A stretch of DNA of 64,000 bases. It comes from Gaiellales bacterium. Its GTDB lineage: Bacteria > Actinomycetota > Thermoleophilia > Gaiellales > Gaiellaceae. Shown here piece by piece: positions 57,990 through 64,000 of the stretch; positions within the stretch are counted from its first letter, which is position 1, and every line of letters starts with the position of its first letter. The stretch is from assembly GCA_038215565.1 (NCBI GenBank), contig JBBQQU010000004.1, positions 121,478-185,477 on the forward strand. The letters run 5' to 3'. A program made the translations under genes and the position numbers. The notes beneath the pieces were generated by a model that saw only the letters and a program-made list of their open reading frames with translations, was not told where the DNA came from and did not search any database.

Positions 57990-59500
57990 TCGATCGTGGC
58001 GGGTGGCTTCGACGTGACGTCGAGCACCACACGATTCACGGCGGGAATCTCGTTGATGATGCGCGACGAGACCAGCTCGATCAAGTCGTACGGCAGCCGC
58101 GCCCAGTCGGCCGTCATTGCGTCCTCGGACGTGACGGCGCGAATCGCGATCGGGTAGCCGTACGTGCGCGAATCGCCCTGCACCCCGACCGATCGGATCG
58201 TGGGCAGCACGCAGAACGACTGCCACAGCTCGCGGTAGAGACCTGCGCGGCGCACCTCCTCCTGCAGGATCGAGTCCGCCTCACGCAGGGTCACGAGCCG
58301 TTCCTCGGTGACGTCACCGATGATGCGGATCGCGAGTCCCGGCCCGGGGAACGGCTGGCGCCACACCATCCGCTCGGGCATGCCGAGCTCCTCACCGACG
58401 CGCCGCACCTCGTCCTTGAAGAGCAGACGGAGCGGTTCGACGAGCTTCATCGTCATGTCGTCGGGCAGGCCGCCGACATTGTGATGCGACTTGATCGTCT
58501 CGGCGACACCGTCGGTTCCACCCGACTCGATCACGTCGGAGTAGAGCGTGCCCTGCACGAGCCACGGGGGGTTGCCGATCGACCGTGCCTCATCCTCGAA
58601 GACGCGAATGAACTCCTCGCCGATGATCTTGCGCTTCGTCTCGGGATCGACGACTCCCGCGAGCTTGGCGAGGAACCGCGCCTGCGCCTGGACGTGCACG
58701 AGCGGCACATGGAACAAGCCGTCGAAGGTCTCGACGACCTGCTCGGCCTCGCCCTTGCGGAGCAGGCCGTGGTCGACGAACACGCACGTCAGCTGATCGC
58801 CGACCGCCTTGTGCACGAGCAGCGCGGCGACCGCGGAGTCGACGCCGCCCGAAAGCGCGCAGAGCACCCGTTCGCTGCCGACCTGCGCGCGGATCCGCTC
58901 GATCTGCTCCTCGATCACGGCGGCGGGCGTCCAGGTGGGTGTCGCGCCGGCGACCTGGTAGAGGAAGTTCTTCAGCACGTCCTGCCCGTGCGGTGTGTGC
59001 ACGACCTCCGGATGGAACTGCACGCCGTACAGGTTGCGCGCTGCATCCTCGAAGGCTGCAACGGGCGTGTGCTCCGAGGTCGCAACGACGGTCGCGCCCG
59101 ACGGCGGCTCGATCACCGTGTCTCGGTGCGACATCCACGCTGTCTGCTCCTCGGGCAGCGTCGCGAAGAGCGAGCCCTCACTCGTTCGCATTTCGACCTT
59201 CCCGTACTCGCCCGCGTTCGTGCGGTCGACGCGGCCGCCGAGCTCGAGTGCGAGCAGTTGCGCCCCGTAACAGATCCCGAGCGTCGGTACGCCGAGCTCG
59301 AAGATCTCGGTGTCCATTTTCGGTGCGCCGTCGGCGTACACAGAGGCAGGCCCGCCGGAGAGGATCAGGGCGATCGGGTTCTTGCTCTGCACCTCGTCGG
59401 CGGTGGCACGGTGCGAGATGATCTCGGAGTAGACGCGCGCCTCGCGGACGCGCCGCGCGATCAGCTGGGAGTATTGGCCGCCCAGGTCGACCACGAGCAC
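57980..59500 (-). CDS. guaA: GMP synthase (glutamine-hydrolyzing)
   Basis: 506 aa with a GTG start. GATase Cys context GICYGAQ, ATP-PPase motif SGGVDS and C-terminus PPATIEWE. Confidence 0.97.
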   Translation of the reverse strand: MLVVDLGGQYSQLIARRVREARVYSEIISHRATADEVQSKNPIALILSGGPASVYADGAPKMDTEIFELGVPTLGICYGAQLLALELGGRVDRTNAGEYGKVEMRTSEGSLFATLPEEQTAWMSHRDTVIEPPSGATVVATSEHTPVAAFEDAARNLYGVQFHPEVVHTPHGQDVLKNFLYQVAGATPTWTPAAVIEEQIERIRAQVGSERVLCALSGGVDSAVAALLVHKAVGDQLTCVFVDHGLLRKGEAEQVVETFDGLFHVPLVHVQAQARFLAKLAGVVDPETKRKIIGEEFIRVFEDEARSIGNPPWLVQGTLYSDVIESGGTDGVAETIKSHHNVGGLPDDMTMKLVEPLRLLFKDEVRRVGEELGMPERMVWRQPFPGPGLAIRIIGDVTEERLVTLREADSILQEEVRRAGLYRELWQSFCVLPTIRSVGVQGDSRTYGYPIAIRAVTSEDAMTADWARLPYDLIELVSSRIINEIPAVNRVVLDVTSKPPATIEWE

Positions 59501-59543
59501 AGGACGTTCTTCCGGCGAAAGCTCCGGCCGAGGTTCGAGCAGC

Positions 59544-62064
<2,521 letters not shown>

Positions 62065-62068
62065 GGTG

Positions 62069-63184
62069 TCACAGCAGATGCAGAAGGTTGTGGCCTGCCC
62101 TGCCTGCATACCACCCTAGTCGCCGGGCGAGGCCGGGCTTGTTAATGGTCCGAGAAGCGACGAGGTCCCGGCGCACGAGCAGGCGCTTCCCGTCCCAGAC
62201 CTCGACGTGACCGAGCACGTCACCTTGCGAAACGGGCAACCCGACCGTCCGCACGGCGACAACGCGCTCCGTCAGCGGCCGCTCGATCCGCACGACGCCG
62301 AGGAACGGCTTGGCTGCAACGAGTGCGACCGGCGCCTCGCCAAACGGCAGCTCGACCTCCGCATAGGTGCGGCGGGCGGCGACGAGCGGCGCGACGCGGA
62401 ACTGCGCGATGCCCCACGCAAGGAGCGACGCCAGGTCGGCGTTTCGCACCGAACGTGAAGGCGCGCCGAGCAGCGTGGCGTAGATCGTGACGCCCCGGGC
62501 GCGCGCTGCTGCGACCTGGCACCAGCCCGCCGCGCCCGTGTGCCCGGTCTTCACGCCGATCGTCTGTGGGAACTGCGTCAACAGGTCGTCCCAGGTATGC
62601 AGGACGCGGCCACCGGCGATCGTGTCGGTCTCCTCGCTCACGGTCTCGCGCACGAACTTCGTGCGCATCGCGAGCCGGCCGAGCGTTGTCGCGTCGGCCG
62701 CGCTCGAGTACTCGCCAGGCAGGTCGAGCCCGTCCGGCCGGATGAAATGCGAGTCGTGCAGGCCGATCGCCGCGGCTTTCTCGTTCATCAGCGTTGCGAA
62801 CGCGCCGTAGTCCGGCGCGATCGAGAGCGCAAGCGCATCGGCTGCATCGTTCGCCGACTGGATCAGCGCCGCCTTCAGTAGGTCACGCACGGTCAGCTGC
62901 TCGCCCGCGCGCAGATCGACGGACGACTCGCCAACCGCGGCCGCGCGCGGGTCGACAGTCACCATGTCGGTGAGCTTGTGATGGTCGAGCGTGACGAGGA
63001 CAGTCATCAACTTCGTGATCGAGGCGATCGGAAGATGCGCGTGCGGGTTCGAGACCGCGAGCACCTCGCCGGTGCGGGCGTCCAGCACGACGTAGGCACG
63101 CGCGTCGACCGTCGGAACACCGGCCTGCGCCGGCCCGGCGAGCACGCACGCAACTCCGGCCGCCGCGAGGAGCGCGCGTCTCAT
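62069..63184 (-). CDS. D-alanyl-D-alanine carboxypeptidase (S11, PBP5/6-like)
   Basis: Start re-set to MRRALLAAAGVACVLAGPAQA (signal peptide). Motifs SITK, SAN (QSANDA) and KTG (VKTGHT). Confidence 0.88.
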   Translation of the reverse strand: MRRALLAAAGVACVLAGPAQAGVPTVDARAYVVLDARTGEVLAVSNPHAHLPIASITKLMTVLVTLDHHKLTDMVTVDPRAAAVGESSVDLRAGEQLTVRDLLKAALIQSANDAADALALSIAPDYGAFATLMNEKAAAIGLHDSHFIRPDGLDLPGEYSSAADATTLGRLAMRTKFVRETVSEETDTIAGGRVLHTWDDLLTQFPQTIGVKTGHTGAAGWCQVAAARARGVTIYATLLGAPSRSVRNADLASLLAWGIAQFRVAPLVAARRTYAEVELPFGEAPVALVAAKPFLGVVRIERPLTERVVAVRTVGLPVSQGDVLGHVEVWDGKRLLVRRDLVASRTINKPGLARRLGWYAGRAGHNLLHLL

Positions 63185-63525
63185 CGCAGCCGGATTTTCT
63201 CGCCGATGAAGAGAGACGTCGAGGAGACCTTCGGATTGAGGCTCTGCAAGGTGGCGATCGGCACGCCGGATTTCGTCGAGATCACGCCGTATGTATCCCC
63301 CGCCCGGACGATCCAGAATCGCCGGCCGCTCGGCTTCGATTTCTGCGTCGTCGTCTTGGCCGTCGTCGTCGCGATCCGTTTGCGCGTGGTCGTGGGCACC
63401 GAGACGGTCGCGTGCGACGTCGTCTTTCCGGCGTTCAGCCCGGAGCGAACGAGGACGATCGCAAGCGTCGCGGCAAGCAGGAACGCCGCCGGCGCGACGT
63501 AGCGCTTCCACTCACGTCCGCGCAC
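63181..63525 (-). CDS. membrane-anchored LysM domain protein
   Basis: GTG start at 63525 overlaps the pyrF stop by 1 nt. One TM segment (APAAFLLAATLAIVLV), a Thr-rich linker, and a C-terminal LysM (IVRAGDTYGVISTKSGVPIATLQSLNP). ATGA overlap with the carboxypeptidase gene. Confidence 0.75.
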   Translation of the reverse strand: MRGREWKRYVAPAAFLLAATLAIVLVRSGLNAGKTTSHATVSVPTTTRKRIATTTAKTTTQKSKPSGRRFWIVRAGDTYGVISTKSGVPIATLQSLNPKVSSTSLFIGEKIRLR

Positions 63526-64000
63526 TACCAGCCCGACGCGGCCCAGATCTCCTGCTTGAGGCGGGCGGCTTCGGCGCCGGCCGCCTCGCGGAAATCGTTG
63601 CCGGCCTCGCGAAAGGCGTAGTCGACCGACCGGGACGCCGACACGAGCGCGCTCGCGGGACCACTCTGAAACGCACGCGACAGGTCGGCGATCGCACCGC
63701 CCTGAGCACCGACGCCTGGGAGCAGGATGACCGTGCGCGGCATCAGCCGCCGTGCCTCGGCCACCGCGCGCGGGTGCGTGGCGCCGACGACGGCGCACAC
63801 CGAGGACAGGCCGACCTCGCCGACCGTGTCCTCCCCCCACTCCGCGACGAGCCCGGCAACGTGATGCCACATCGGGCGGCCGTCTGAGAGCGTCACGTCT
63901 TGGAGATCTCCGCCGGCATTCGAGGTGCGCACGAGCACGAAGATGCCGACGCCCCCGCGGCGCACGGCGCCGAGAAACGGCTCGATCGAGTCCCGGCCGA
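63525..64000 (-). CDS. pyrF: orotidine 5'-phosphate decarboxylase, type 2 (C-terminal part; 5' end off window)
   Basis: GRDSIEPFLGAV...GIFVLVRTSNAGG...LLPGVGAQGG are type-2 PyrF motifs. The reading frame is open to the window edge. Confidence 0.85.
   Translation of the reverse strand, partial: GRDSIEPFLGAVRRGGVGIFVLVRTSNAGGDLQDVTLSDGRPMWHHVAGLVAEWGEDTVGEVGLSSVCAVVGATHPRAVAEARRLMPRTVILLPGVGAQGGAIADLSRAFQSGPASALVSASRSVDYAFREAGNDFREAAGAEAARLKQEIWAASGW

Overview
The window is a visibly GC-rich segment with strong GC3 bias, of the actinobacterial type (possibly Thermoleophilia or Rubrobacteria-like, judged from gene content and style only). It is densely packed, with about 70 CDS and 6 tRNA genes. 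I found no rRNA, CRISPR array, integrase, transposase or phage genes.

Most of the content is core housekeeping:
- tig-clpP-clpX
- ispH, ileS, trxA, fabI
- HAD-acpS-nnr-alr
- arfB
- glmS, glmM-rpsI-rplM
- guaB-guaA
- pyrF-lysM-dacB-pfkB

Accessory genes are interleaved with these: two large sensor kinases, an ECF sigma operon, a TetR/MMPL pair, a DUF1326/DUF2182 pair, a very large S8 protease, CAP-domain paralogs and a YHS-fused permease with a LysR regulator.

The ORF track over-extends many N-termini and lists many long antisense ORFs, which is typical of GC-rich DNA. I re-set starts wherever a conserved N-terminus, signal peptide or Shine-Dalgarno site supported it.

Most interesting observations:
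1. A peroxiredoxin-like gene has an in-frame TGA exactly at the peroxidatic Cys position, followed by a SECIS-like hairpin. This is a candidate selenoprotein that sits as the third gene of an ECF sigma operon.
2. A 1220-aa multi-GAF histidine kinase has Leu in place of the phospho-acceptor His within an otherwise perfect H-box (SLELRTPL). It sits next to a single-domain response regulator, a DivL/DivK-like arrangement.
3. A TetR - DUF1326 - DUF2182 - P-loop ATPase string lies divergent from an MMPL transporter.
4. Several short, perfect tandem or inverted repeats occur in intergenic regions. Two of them duplicate the 3' end and stop codon of the adjacent gene.
5. arfB has its start and its stop codon each overlapping an opposite-strand gene through the palindromes CATG and CTAG.

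All family assignments rest on motif recognition by eye. No database search was run.
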